DNA from: Gammaproteobacteria bacterium
GTDB lineage: Bacteria > Pseudomonadota > Gammaproteobacteria > UBA4575
NCBI GenBank assembly: GCA_965243395.1
Contig: CBDEUS010000001.1
Span: forward strand, 608,001-672,000
DNA: 64,000 nucleotides
Direction of reading: 5' to 3'
Made by a program: the position numbers and the translations under genes. The notes beneath the pieces were generated by a model. It ran no database searches. It was not told the origin of the DNA and saw nothing but the letters and a program-made list of their open reading frames with translations. This document shows, piece by piece, positions 9,240-18,057 of the stretch (within the stretch, counting starts at the first letter, position 1; every line of letters begins with the position of its first letter).

Positions 9240-10217
9240 TTATTCTAAATTTGTCCAGGTAGGGAATTTTTCTGTAAATTCGTTAAGAACTTTTAGATGT
9301 TCTTCAACAAATTGGGCTTGTTGAAATACATCTGCTGCAACCTTATCAGGGAATGATGTGAGCTTATACACTCTTTCTACGCCAATTTGCGAGGCAAAAT
9401 AACGTAATTCAGAGAGTATCAATGAACTTAAATCAAAAACATCTGATGTGTTTATAGGTACTTGTACATCATTGCCTAAATCCAACATGTCTATACCAGA
9501 ATCCTTAGCTATTTCCTGAATGGTGCGGAAATTTCGAAGCATAATATTGTAAGAATCAATTGGCGCGGTGCCCGCTTGATAGGCAGGCAAAGTTGGTGCG
9601 TTTAAACTCCATACAGGAGCAATTTTATCAAGAATATCAACAATATATGCGTTGGCTTGTTCGACAATAGCATAAACATCGCCTTGTTCAATGGGTTGCT
9701 CCAATATTAGATTTAACTGCCGATTAGCCTGAACAATTTGCTTGAATACATCCGTAAGAGATTTTTTAGTGTCTTTAGTGACATTTATTTGTTCTGCTGT
9801 ATCTTCCCTAATACTTAAACCTGCTTTCGCACAACGAATTTGGCTCCATGCATCATTAACAATTTCATAAACGTCTTTTGCAGTTATGTTTTTTGGTATT
9901 GAGTACTGGGCTGCAAGAGGTGGTGCAAAAAGTGATTGAATTGTTTCGTGACAAAGTCTTCCAGCCTTTTGGCGTAAAGTGAGTGCTTGAAAATAGACTT
10001 CTCGAGGATAAACATTTTCAACTGGAATACTTTCTCGAGCATCAATACTGGCTTGCTTATGTTTTCGAATAAGTTCTATTTCATGTTGTACCTGCTCAAC
10101 CATTTGATAGGCGAGAATAGGGCTGAAGTTATTTGTTGCACTTATTCCTTCGCATGGAATAAAAAATAATGTGATGGACAGAATGGCGTAGAATTTGAGA
10201 TTGTTATTGTAAAGCAC
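9240..10217 (-). CDS. Secreted hypothetical protein with internal helical repeats
   Basis: GTG start after AAGGAA; signal-peptide-like N-terminus; recurring (D/E)V(Y/F) motif. Confidence 0.75.
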   Translation of the reverse strand: MLYNNNLKFYAILSITLFFIPCEGISATNNFSPILAYQMVEQVQHEIELIRKHKQASIDARESIPVENVYPREVYFQALTLRQKAGRLCHETIQSLFAPPLAAQYSIPKNITAKDVYEIVNDAWSQIRCAKAGLSIREDTAEQINVTKDTKKSLTDVFKQIVQANRQLNLILEQPIEQGDVYAIVEQANAYIVDILDKIAPVWSLNAPTLPAYQAGTAPIDSYNIMLRNFRTIQEIAKDSGIDMLDLGNDVQVPINTSDVFDLSSLILSELRYFASQIGVERVYKLTSFPDKVAADVFQQAQFVEEHLKVLNEFTEKFPTWTNLE

Positions 10218-10613
10218 ATTTATTCCTTATCTTACTCAAAGTCTTTTCGCAACAAGTATACGAATTGTAAATTTTCAAGCCTGTATTTTTAGCAAGTAAC
10301 ATAATTTTACCAGTGCGCAATTAATGGCGCACTTAGTATTTTTTGATAAAAAATATTTAAATTTGTTATTAGTAATAATTTTATAGCCCTTATTACACTT
10401 CTAGAATTCTAAAATATAACTTAATTTTGAAATATTCCGTTTAATTGAAATAGTTAGGTTTTTTTGATTTAGCGTCTATGTTTAGGTTTTATTTAGTTTT
10501 TAAAAGTCTTGGAATTAAGGTAGAGGCGTGTCTAATCAATAAGGATATTAAACGTATAAAATCGAAAAAACCTATTTTAAGTCTGTTGCAATGCATGTGC
10601 AGACAACAGGCAT

Positions 10614-10653
10614 AAAAAAACCAGGACTGTGTTTTAATAACAGTCCTGGTTTT
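10614..10653 (-). terminator. Rho-independent terminator of the porin gene
   Basis: CCAGGACTGT/ACAGTCCTGG 10-bp stem with A7 on the plus strand (U7 on minus). Confidence 0.85.
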
Positions 10654-10668
10654 ATATTTTTAATTGAC

Positions 10669-12228
10669 TTATTTATATCTGTACTGGAAGAACACCCATA
10701 TCTTTTCAGTGTCTACTCCAAAGTCATCAGCATCATAATCAGCGTACTTGATTGCACCAAGTAAGCCATTTACGCCAAACAAATTAGGTTTACCCCATAA
10801 GAAGTTAATCTCATCACCGTAATCGTCAGGACCAAAATCATCGTCTTCTGCTTCATAGTCATGATATGCAAGGACGATTTTATTTTTACCAATGTAATCG
10901 CCAAAGAGTCCTAAAATTTGTAGGGTGATACTAGTATCCTCAAGACCTCCTACTGGTGTAGCGGAACCGCCAGGAGCTGCAACAAACACATCGGCCCATC
11001 CATTGAAAGCATGCACAGTAGCAAGAGGTGTTTGTACGGCATTTACACCATTGCCTTCTAAGACTTCACGACCCACTCTGATTTGATATGTAGGTTCACC
11101 AACTGGTAAAAATCCAATATTATCGACCCGAGTTCCTCCCCATTGAAGGCCTAATTCGAAGTTGTAGTAGTCGTTATCATCAAAATCTGCAACTTCTGCA
11201 CCGGTAACAGGGCTTTCGCCTGCATCATCAGTTGGATCTTGATTGGCCCATTCAAACTCAGTTTGTAGATCAAACGAATCACCAATTTCATGTCTACCCA
11301 CAAAACGTAACCCTAATGTGTCTGAATCAAATACATTGCCAGTTATAAATGGTGGGGCAATACCATTACCTTCTGGAAAAGGTGTTCTAGGGTTGTCATT
11401 AAAATCAAGTAAATAACCATAGGCAGTTAATTTGCCAAATTCTGGGAATGTGTATGTAAGGTTGATTAAATGGCCGTCATCAAATTTCCATTCGTTAAAG
11501 ATAGAATTCTCGCCGAATAAACGCTTAACTTTCTTAACATATGAGTAGGAAATGCCAAGATTTTTAATAGAGTTGTTATCAAACCTAAATGCATTCATGG
11601 AGACATTGTTATTACGCCATATCACATCCCCCACCCAGCGGTGATTATCGTAAATTATAGTTTGACGTCCTAGTTTAAACGACGTGTTGCCATCACAGAA
11701 TCCGGGAGTATTCGGGCAACTACCTGTACCACTGCGCCAGCCTATATAGGCTTCATTGATTTCACCAAAATCATTATCAGGAATGATGGCATGTCCCTCC
11801 GCATTTCTGTTACCAACGATTGGATTTGGCCCTGGGCCTAGTGGCGGAATCCGGAAATCATCATCAAGATTGAGTGAGTTATCGTTCCAATTCTTTGCAG
11901 CTTCTAATTCCAAACGCCCATAAAAGCCATGATAACGGGCAGTGGTAAATCCGAATTGTATTCTTGTACTGATAAGATCGGCATTTTCTGCACTAGATAA
12001 AACAGTTCCGTCTCGATCTTCATCCACATTTTCCAAACGGGTTCTGATCCAAAAATCTTCATTACCTTCAGTAAACATAGCCCCTAAACTTCCAACTTCA
12101 GGATAAAGTTTATTGTGCGGTGTAAAATGTGCATTGGGGACATCAGGGAAACCTACGGCTCCCACACTTTGTGCCAGTAAGAAAGTAACTACTGCTATGA
12201 GTAGTGAGAGTGGTTTTAAATAGACCAT
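10669..12228 (-). CDS. Outer-membrane beta-barrel, alginate-export (AlgE-like) porin family
   Basis: Signal peptide from ATG 12228 (GGGAGGAG RBS); RTRLENVD, KLGRQTI..DNHRWVG..WRNN, TPLATVHAFNGWADVF, terminal beta-strand KIWVFFQYRYK. Confidence 0.75.
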   Translation of the reverse strand: MVYLKPLSLLIAVVTFLLAQSVGAVGFPDVPNAHFTPHNKLYPEVGSLGAMFTEGNEDFWIRTRLENVDEDRDGTVLSSAENADLISTRIQFGFTTARYHGFYGRLELEAAKNWNDNSLNLDDDFRIPPLGPGPNPIVGNRNAEGHAIIPDNDFGEINEAYIGWRSGTGSCPNTPGFCDGNTSFKLGRQTIIYDNHRWVGDVIWRNNNVSMNAFRFDNNSIKNLGISYSYVKKVKRLFGENSIFNEWKFDDGHLINLTYTFPEFGKLTAYGYLLDFNDNPRTPFPEGNGIAPPFITGNVFDSDTLGLRFVGRHEIGDSFDLQTEFEWANQDPTDDAGESPVTGAEVADFDDNDYYNFELGLQWGGTRVDNIGFLPVGEPTYQIRVGREVLEGNGVNAVQTPLATVHAFNGWADVFVAAPGGSATPVGGLEDTSITLQILGLFGDYIGKNKIVLAYHDYEAEDDDFGPDDYGDEINFLWGKPNLFGVNGLLGAIKYADYDADDFGVDTEKIWVFFQYRYK

Positions 12229-12359
12229 GGTAGCTTGCTCCTCCCTTGAAAGAATTAGACCGGTCGCGCTAGGTATTCCAGTCACACAACTAAGTTATGC
12301 TTAGTTTTTATATTTCTTATATGCAAATTTTATAGGTTTTTAACACCTACTCACTTAGC

Positions 12360-12426
12360 AATATAAAAGAATGGTCGTTTACCTTCCAAGACTTTGTTGC
12401 TATTGAATCTATAGGTAAATGCTATG
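12360..12426 (-). promoter_or_regulatory. LysR operator pair plus promoter of the porin gene, similar to the scn promoter
   Basis: Perfect ATAG-N7-CTAT at 12411-12425; second box offset by 22 bp; TTGGAA-N18-TATATT; 31/43 ungapped identity with 3096-3138. Confidence 0.65.
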
Positions 12427-12747
12427 GGAAAACGAAGTTTTATGAAATTTCATTGTCCTTTACTACAAACTTAAGGGTTAATGAGATAAATAAGCTTGTA
12501 AAGACATAAATTTTGAGCAGTTTAAGTGTGCTTTTCTAAAATTACCTGCAATTTGAAGTTAATAAGCACAATGAGCGGTTAATCTGAGTATGAAAATGTC
12601 TCATTTTGGGGTATACCACATTTATTTTAGGGTTATCTTCTACACGCTCTAAAACAAGCTAGTTGTATTTCTGCTCTACATGGTTTTATAGCAGTGCAGT
12701 TAATTCCTTACCAATTGTTTTAATCTTTATCTAAAGCAAATCATTTA

Positions 12748-13353
12748 TTACTGTAATTCAATCTCATTTTCTGTCAGCTCTTGTTTCAGAGTTGCTAAAT
12801 TTTTTTCCAGTAAGACCATGGTTGTATTTTTGAATTCGATAATTTTTTCATCAAACTTGTTTGCTATATAAACGGTGTCGTTTGTGGGACCTCTTTTATT
12901 GAGCTTTTCAATTACAAGCTCAGAATATTTATAAAAACGAGTTACGCCAGCTAAAATTTCAGGGGGCGTAGTTAATAATGCTGGCGAAGATTTTAGGGAG
13001 TCCCAAACGAAGTACTCGGGGTGGTTTGACCATTGGCTATTTTTATTATAGCGGGCACCACCTTTGCGATAGTTGTTTATGATTTCTTCATATACGCTTA
13101 TATTGTAATTCAGTTCATTACGTAACGAAGTACGAACATAATAACTGTCACGATCGGCTCTTACTGACTCAAATTGAATTGCCGTTTCGAGTGCCGCATG
13201 TGCGGCTAAATAAACACCAAGTACAGTAGAAAAGACAACAAAAAAGTTACCTATCCAAAATTCCCAATTTGCTTTGCCCAGTCTCGCTTTTGCTCTGGTG
13301 AAAAATTTCGTTGGTGAGAGCAATGCTATTAAAGCCATAATTCCTTCTCCCAA
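12748..13353 (-). CDS. Hypothetical membrane-anchored helical protein
   Basis: One TM segment (FFVVFSTVLGVYLAA) followed by a helical soluble domain. Confidence 0.65.
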   Translation of the reverse strand: MGEGIMALIALLSPTKFFTRAKARLGKANWEFWIGNFFVVFSTVLGVYLAAHAALETAIQFESVRADRDSYYVRTSLRNELNYNISVYEEIINNYRKGGARYNKNSQWSNHPEYFVWDSLKSSPALLTTPPEILAGVTRFYKYSELVIEKLNKRGPTNDTVYIANKFDEKIIEFKNTTMVLLEKNLATLKQELTENEIELQ

Positions 13354-13453
13354 TGTATGGAATATTGTTTATATCTAAATATAAAAATTTAGGTCATGCT
13401 TTAATCAATATTTGCTATGTTTTAATACGACGAGCTGTAAGCTATAGTCGTTC

Positions 13454-13565
<112 letters not shown>

Positions 13566-13601
13566 CTATTATACTGAACAGATTATCAAAATAGCCCCAG
13601 A

Positions 13602-15197
13602 ATGAGTTATCAAGCACTTGCCCGAAAATGGCGTCCTAAAAACTTCACAGAAGTAATTGGCCAATCTCATGTTGTGAAGGCATTAGCCAACGCATTAGAC
13701 CAGGATAGAACTCACCATGCGTACTTATTTACAGGCACGCGTGGGGTAGGGAAAACAACCCTGGCACGAATTTTTGCTAAATGTCTGAATTGTGAAGAAG
13801 GTGTGTCATCGTCTCCTTGTGGACAATGCAGTGCATGTGAGGGGATTGATACAGGGCGTTTTATTGATTTAATTGAGGTGGATGCAGCCTCGCGAACCAA
13901 AGTGGAAGATACTCGTGAGCTTTTAGATAACGTTCAATATAGTCCTACGAGTGGACGGTTTAAAGTTTATTTGATTGATGAAGTGCATATGTTGTCAGGA
14001 CATAGTTTTAATGCCTTGTTAAAAACTTTAGAAGAACCTCCGCCGCATGTGAAATTTTTACTGGCGACTACAGACCCACAAAAACTACCGATAACTGTAT
14101 TGTCGAGATGTTTGCAATTCAATCTAAAGCGGCTTTCTAATGAGGCAATTTCTAAACAGTTGGAAAAGCTACTACAAAATGAAGAAATATCGTTTGAAAA
14201 AAATGCATTGCATGCATTAGCACGAGCTGCTGATGGAAGTATGCGTGATTCACTAAGTTTGTTAGACCAGGCAATTGCTTTTAGTGATGGGAATGTTAGT
14301 GATGAAGCAATTCACGAAATGCTAGGGACTGTGCCAAGAGAATATTTGCATCAGATTATGCAAGCATTATCTAAGTCAGATGCGTTAGAAGTAATGAAAT
14401 GTACTCAAGAATTAGCACAACTTTCAGCAGATTTTAACAGCTTGTTTGAAGACATTATTGAGGTTTTGCATCAAGTTGCTTTATCGCAAGCAGTACCAAG
14501 TATGCTTGAGACTATAGAGTTTGATGCAGAAATCGTTAAACAGTTGGTAAATAGTTTTGATCCAGAAGATGTTCAATTATGTTATCAAATTGCACTTATC
14601 GGCAAACGTGACCTTTATTTAGCTACTTCGCCTCAAAGCGCATTGGAGATGACCCTGTTGCGCATGATTTCATTTCGACCTGCACCTAGTGTTGAGAGAG
14701 ATATTAACCAGGCTAAAACGGCTGTCACTGCGCCTCAAAAAACTACAGCAACACCCCCGCAAAAAAAGCAAAAGGTAAAAAAAAATCATAAAAAGCTAAT
14801 TGAGCTTGCAGAAAATAATGAGATATGGAGTGAATTAATCGAAAATATAGATTTGCAAGGAGTATCATATTCGTTGGCTTCTAACTGTAGTGTAGATTCA
14901 GTAGACGATAATTTCGTTTGTTTACATCTAGCTAGACAGCATGAAGGAATTGCCACAGAAGGAGCTAAACAACGTTTAGAGGCAGCCTTGCGAGAATATT
15001 TTAATTGTGATTTGCGATTGAAATTCGATATATCAGATGATGAGCTCGAAACACCCGCGCGCAAAAAAGATCGTGTAAAAGAAAAAATCCAATCTCAAGC
15101 AGAGAAGAATGCAGAAGAGGACGATGCTGTAAAAGCGTTAAAAGCACAATTTGGAGCAGAAATTATTGAAGGTTCTGTCAGACCAATAGAAAATTAG
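13602..15197 (+). CDS. dnaX: DNA polymerase III subunits gamma/tau
   Basis: LARKWRP, GTRGVGKTT, IDEVHML, SRC, GSMRD; C-terminal tau domain. Confidence 0.98.
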   Translation: MSYQALARKWRPKNFTEVIGQSHVVKALANALDQDRTHHAYLFTGTRGVGKTTLARIFAKCLNCEEGVSSSPCGQCSACEGIDTGRFIDLIEVDAASRTKVEDTRELLDNVQYSPTSGRFKVYLIDEVHMLSGHSFNALLKTLEEPPPHVKFLLATTDPQKLPITVLSRCLQFNLKRLSNEAISKQLEKLLQNEEISFEKNALHALARAADGSMRDSLSLLDQAIAFSDGNVSDEAIHEMLGTVPREYLHQIMQALSKSDALEVMKCTQELAQLSADFNSLFEDIIEVLHQVALSQAVPSMLETIEFDAEIVKQLVNSFDPEDVQLCYQIALIGKRDLYLATSPQSALEMTLLRMISFRPAPSVERDINQAKTAVTAPQKTTATPPQKKQKVKKNHKKLIELAENNEIWSELIENIDLQGVSYSLASNCSVDSVDDNFVCLHLARQHEGIATEGAKQRLEAALREYFNCDLRLKFDISDDELETPARKKDRVKEKIQSQAEKNAEEDDAVKALKAQFGAEIIEGSVRPIEN

Positions 15198-15268
15198 GTG
15201 AACAGAAAAACACAATGACAAAATTGCATATTAAATTTTGTATAAATTTAGAATTTTAAGGTGAAAAA

Positions 15269-15592
15269 ATGAAAGGTGGATTAGGTAATTTGATGAAGCA
15301 AGCGCAAAAAATGCAGGAAGATATGCAAAAAGCGCAAGAAGAATTAAAAAACTTAGAGGTGGAAGGTCAAGCAGGTGGAGGGATGGTTAAAATTACAATG
15401 ACAGGGAAGTATGCCGTGCGTAAAGTGCAAATTGATGACAGCTTGTTAAATGATGATAAGGATATGCTTGAAGATCTCATTGCAGCGGCTATTAATGATG
15501 CTTCTAATAAAGTTGAGGCTCTAACTAAAGATCAAATGTCGGATTTAACAAGCGGGTTAAATTTGCCTCCTGGAATGAAATTACCTTTCTAA
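15269..15592 (+). CDS. ybaB: Nucleoid-associated protein YbaB/EbfC
   Basis: [37 protein letters not shown]; dnaX-ybaB-recR synteny. Confidence 0.96.
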   Translation: MKGGLGNLMKQAQKMQEDMQKAQEELKNLEVEGQAGGGMVKITMTGKYAVRKVQIDDSLLNDDKDMLEDLIAAAINDASNKVEALTKDQMSDLTSGLNLPPGMKLPF

Positions 15593-15603
15593 AAATTTTA
15601 TTT

Positions 15604-16227
15604 ATGTCATTCGGTTTATCAGGTAATGGCTCGCAGCCACCGTCACTTCTCGACAGCTTAATTGAATCACTTAAATGTTTGCCAGGAGTGGGGCCAAAGT
15701 CTGCGCAAAGGATGGCTTTTCATTTATTACAGCGTAATCGCGAAGGTGCAAAAACTTTAGCGACTAATTTAGAAAGAGCAGCCAAAGAAATTGGTCATTG
15801 TGCAAGTTGTCGTACCTTTACCGAGCATGAGCTTTGTGCGATATGCAGTAATAATAGCCGTGTAAGGGAACAAATTTGTATTGTTGAAAGTCCCGCTGAT
15901 GTTTTTACAATTGAAAAAAGTACCGACTACAAAGGCTTATATTTTGTGTTAATGGGACGCCTTTCGCCATTAGATGGTATTGGTCCTAAAGAATTGGGGT
16001 TAGATATTTTAGAGAAACGTTTAGCAGAACAAGAAATAGAAGAGATGATATTAGCTACAAATTCTACTGTTGAAGGTGAAGTTACTGCGCACGTGTTAAG
16101 TGAAATGGCGCGCAAACATGAAGTTAAAACTACACGGCTTGCTCAAGGTGTTCCTGTTGGAGGCGAACTGGAATTTGTAGATCAGAATACTATTGCTCAG
16201 GCGTTTAATGCACGAAAGCATTATTAA
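15604..16227 (+). CDS. recR: Recombination mediator RecR
   Basis: [12 protein letters not shown]4 zinc finger, Toprim [18 protein letters not shown]. Confidence 0.97.
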   Translation: MSFGLSGNGSQPPSLLDSLIESLKCLPGVGPKSAQRMAFHLLQRNREGAKTLATNLERAAKEIGHCASCRTFTEHELCAICSNNSRVREQICIVESPADVFTIEKSTDYKGLYFVLMGRLSPLDGIGPKELGLDILEKRLAEQEIEEMILATNSTVEGEVTAHVLSEMARKHEVKTTRLAQGVPVGGELEFVDQNTIAQAFNARKHY

Positions 16228-16239
16228 TTCAGAGTTAAT

Positions 16240-17118
16240 TCAGATATAAGGTTTGATCAAATTCTGATAAGAAATATAACGTTCTTTATTAATTATATTT
16301 TTATCTACTGCTAATTTGATTGCGCAATGTGGTTCATTAATGTGTTTGCAGTCATGAAACTTACATTGACTGCTAATTTTGTCAATTTCGACAAAACCTT
16401 GAATAATTTTTCTGGCATTAAGCTCGGCTGCTGAAAAATTTCTTACGCCCGGCGAATCAATTAATTCACCACCATGTGGAAAATCATATAATGTTGTTGT
16501 GCTGGTAGTATGTTTACCTTGAGCAATTTGATCTGAAATTGACTGAGTTTCAATGTCGAGGTCAGGTATGAGTGCATTGATTAAAGTTGATTTCCCAACC
16601 CCAGATTGACCGACAAAAACACAAGTTTTGTTTTTAAGTTGATCTGCTAAATTATCTAGACTGGATAAGTCATTTTTCTTTGTCTCAATTACCGGGTAAG
16701 GGAGATCTTTATATTTAATCTGTATCATAGACGTCACTGATTTTGCATTATTTAAATCCATTTTATTAATTGCAATGAGTGTTTCAGCGGGTAGTAGTTC
16801 TGCTGCCACTATGTAATGATCGATTAACTCTGGCGATGGTTCGGGTTCAACAGCACATACAACTACTATAGTGTCAATATTCGCAGCTACAGTTTTTGTC
16901 ATATGTTCAGTTTGTCTTACTAATTCATTTTTGCGTGGTAGTTGTTCTAAGATTTGGTCTCGATCCTGCTCATTGCGATAACATAAAACATTATCACCGC
17001 ATACTACGTGACTGAACTTTTTTGTAGAAATGCATGTATGTCGTATGTTGTTCTTATCTTTTACGACAAGGTGTGCACCATGGCGACTAACAACTTTTGC
17101 AGGATATTTTTCGATGAT
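16240..17118 (-). CDS. rsgA: Ribosome small subunit-dependent GTPase A; true start uncertain (no canonical start codon)
   Basis: NKMD, GQSGVGKST, GKHTT, DSPG, CKFHDCKHINEPHCA; the frame stays open upstream of the track start (16902) through an OB domain (VVSRHGAHLVV, VVCGDNV, LPRKNELVR); first plausible starts are ATC at 17118/17115 or ATT at 17145. Confidence 0.9.
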   Translation of the reverse strand: MIEKYPAKVVSRHGAHLVVKDKNNIRHTCISTKKFSHVVCGDNVLCYRNEQDRDQILEQLPRKNELVRQTEHMTKTVAANIDTIVVVCAVEPEPSPELIDHYIVAAELLPAETLIAINKMDLNNAKSVTSMIQIKYKDLPYPVIETKKNDLSSLDNLADQLKNKTCVFVGQSGVGKSTLINALIPDLDIETQSISDQIAQGKHTTSTTTLYDFPHGGELIDSPGVRNFSAAELNARKIIQGFVEIDKISSQCKFHDCKHINEPHCAIKLAVDKNIINKERYISYQNLIKPYI

Positions 17119-17131
17119 AAATTTAGAAAAG

Positions 17132-17422
17132 TTAAAAGTTGTAATACATCTTGTTTAAGTATGATTGAACAGTATTAATTTGTTGTTCTGACCAATTTAG
17201 TTCAAGACTACTTTGGCAACGATTTACTTGTTTGGTTAATGCTTCGCTGGAAGTTACATTGCGATTTTTGCGAGTATATAAGACCGAACCATCTCCGCCA
17301 GTCATGGCCGCATGGCATGCAATACAATTTTCTTCATGCAAGAGTGAGCCATTTTCTGCGAGGGTAAGCTGCGTAGCACAGATAAATAGCAAAGGAGCAA
17401 TTAGGTGAAGTTGAATTTTCAT
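17132..17422 (-). CDS. Small monoheme c-type cytochrome, green-heme-protein-like (possible His/Cys ligation)
   Basis: Signal peptide; CIACH; LYTR...L..QV.RC...W...YLN..YY.F pattern with a distal Cys. Confidence 0.75.
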   Translation of the reverse strand: MKIQLHLIAPLLFICATQLTLAENGSLLHEENCIACHAAMTGGDGSVLYTRKNRNVTSSEALTKQVNRCQSSLELNWSEQQINTVQSYLNKMYYNF

Positions 17423-17498
17423 TTAAAATAAAAACGTATAGCTATAATAATTTGCCTTGTAGATAGGTATGATATACAAAACCAGCAGGGAAATACCA

Positions 17499-18047
17499 AT
17501 GTCTGTAGACGCTGAGAATTTAATATGGATTGATTTGGAGATGACAGGATTAGACACCATGTCTGATCAAATTATCGAAGTCGCCACTATTATTACGAAT
17601 AAAGATTTAGAGGAAATCGCAGTAGGCCCCGTCATAGCGATTCGTCAGCCAAGCACATTATTAGAGGCTATGGATGAATGGAATACTACGCAGCATACTA
17701 AATCAGGATTGATAGAAAGAGTTAAAAATAGCTCTGCAAGTGAGCAGGATGCAGAAACGGCCACAATAGATTTTTTGCAACAGTATGTTCCTGAAAATTC
17801 TTCACCCATGTGTGGAAATAGTATCTGTCAGGATCGTCGTTTTCTGGCTCGCTTAATGCCGAAACTAGAAGCGTATTTTCATTATCGCAATCTTGATGTG
17901 AGTACTTTAAAAGAGCTTGCGCAACGCTGGTACCCAGATGTGGCTAAAGGTTTTAATAAAGACTCGAAGCATCTGGCTTTGGATGATATTCGTGATTCGA
18001 TTGAAGAGCTTAGATATTATCGAAAACACTTGTTACTAAAATCATAA
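17499..18047 (+). CDS. orn: Oligoribonuclease
   Basis: [46 protein letters not shown]; likely start ATG 17499. Confidence 0.97.
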   Translation: MSVDAENLIWIDLEMTGLDTMSDQIIEVATIITNKDLEEIAVGPVIAIRQPSTLLEAMDEWNTTQHTKSGLIERVKNSSASEQDAETATIDFLQQYVPENSSPMCGNSICQDRRFLARLMPKLEAYFHYRNLDVSTLKELAQRWYPDVAKGFNKDSKHLALDDIRDSIEELRYYRKHLLLKS

Positions 18048-18057
18048 CAAGTCTTAA

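Noticed and set aside
10503-10514. AAAGTCTTGGAA, matching the 3' end of the shared operator module
   Set aside because: The upstream ATAG-N7-CTAT boxes are absent and it points at no gene; probably chance.
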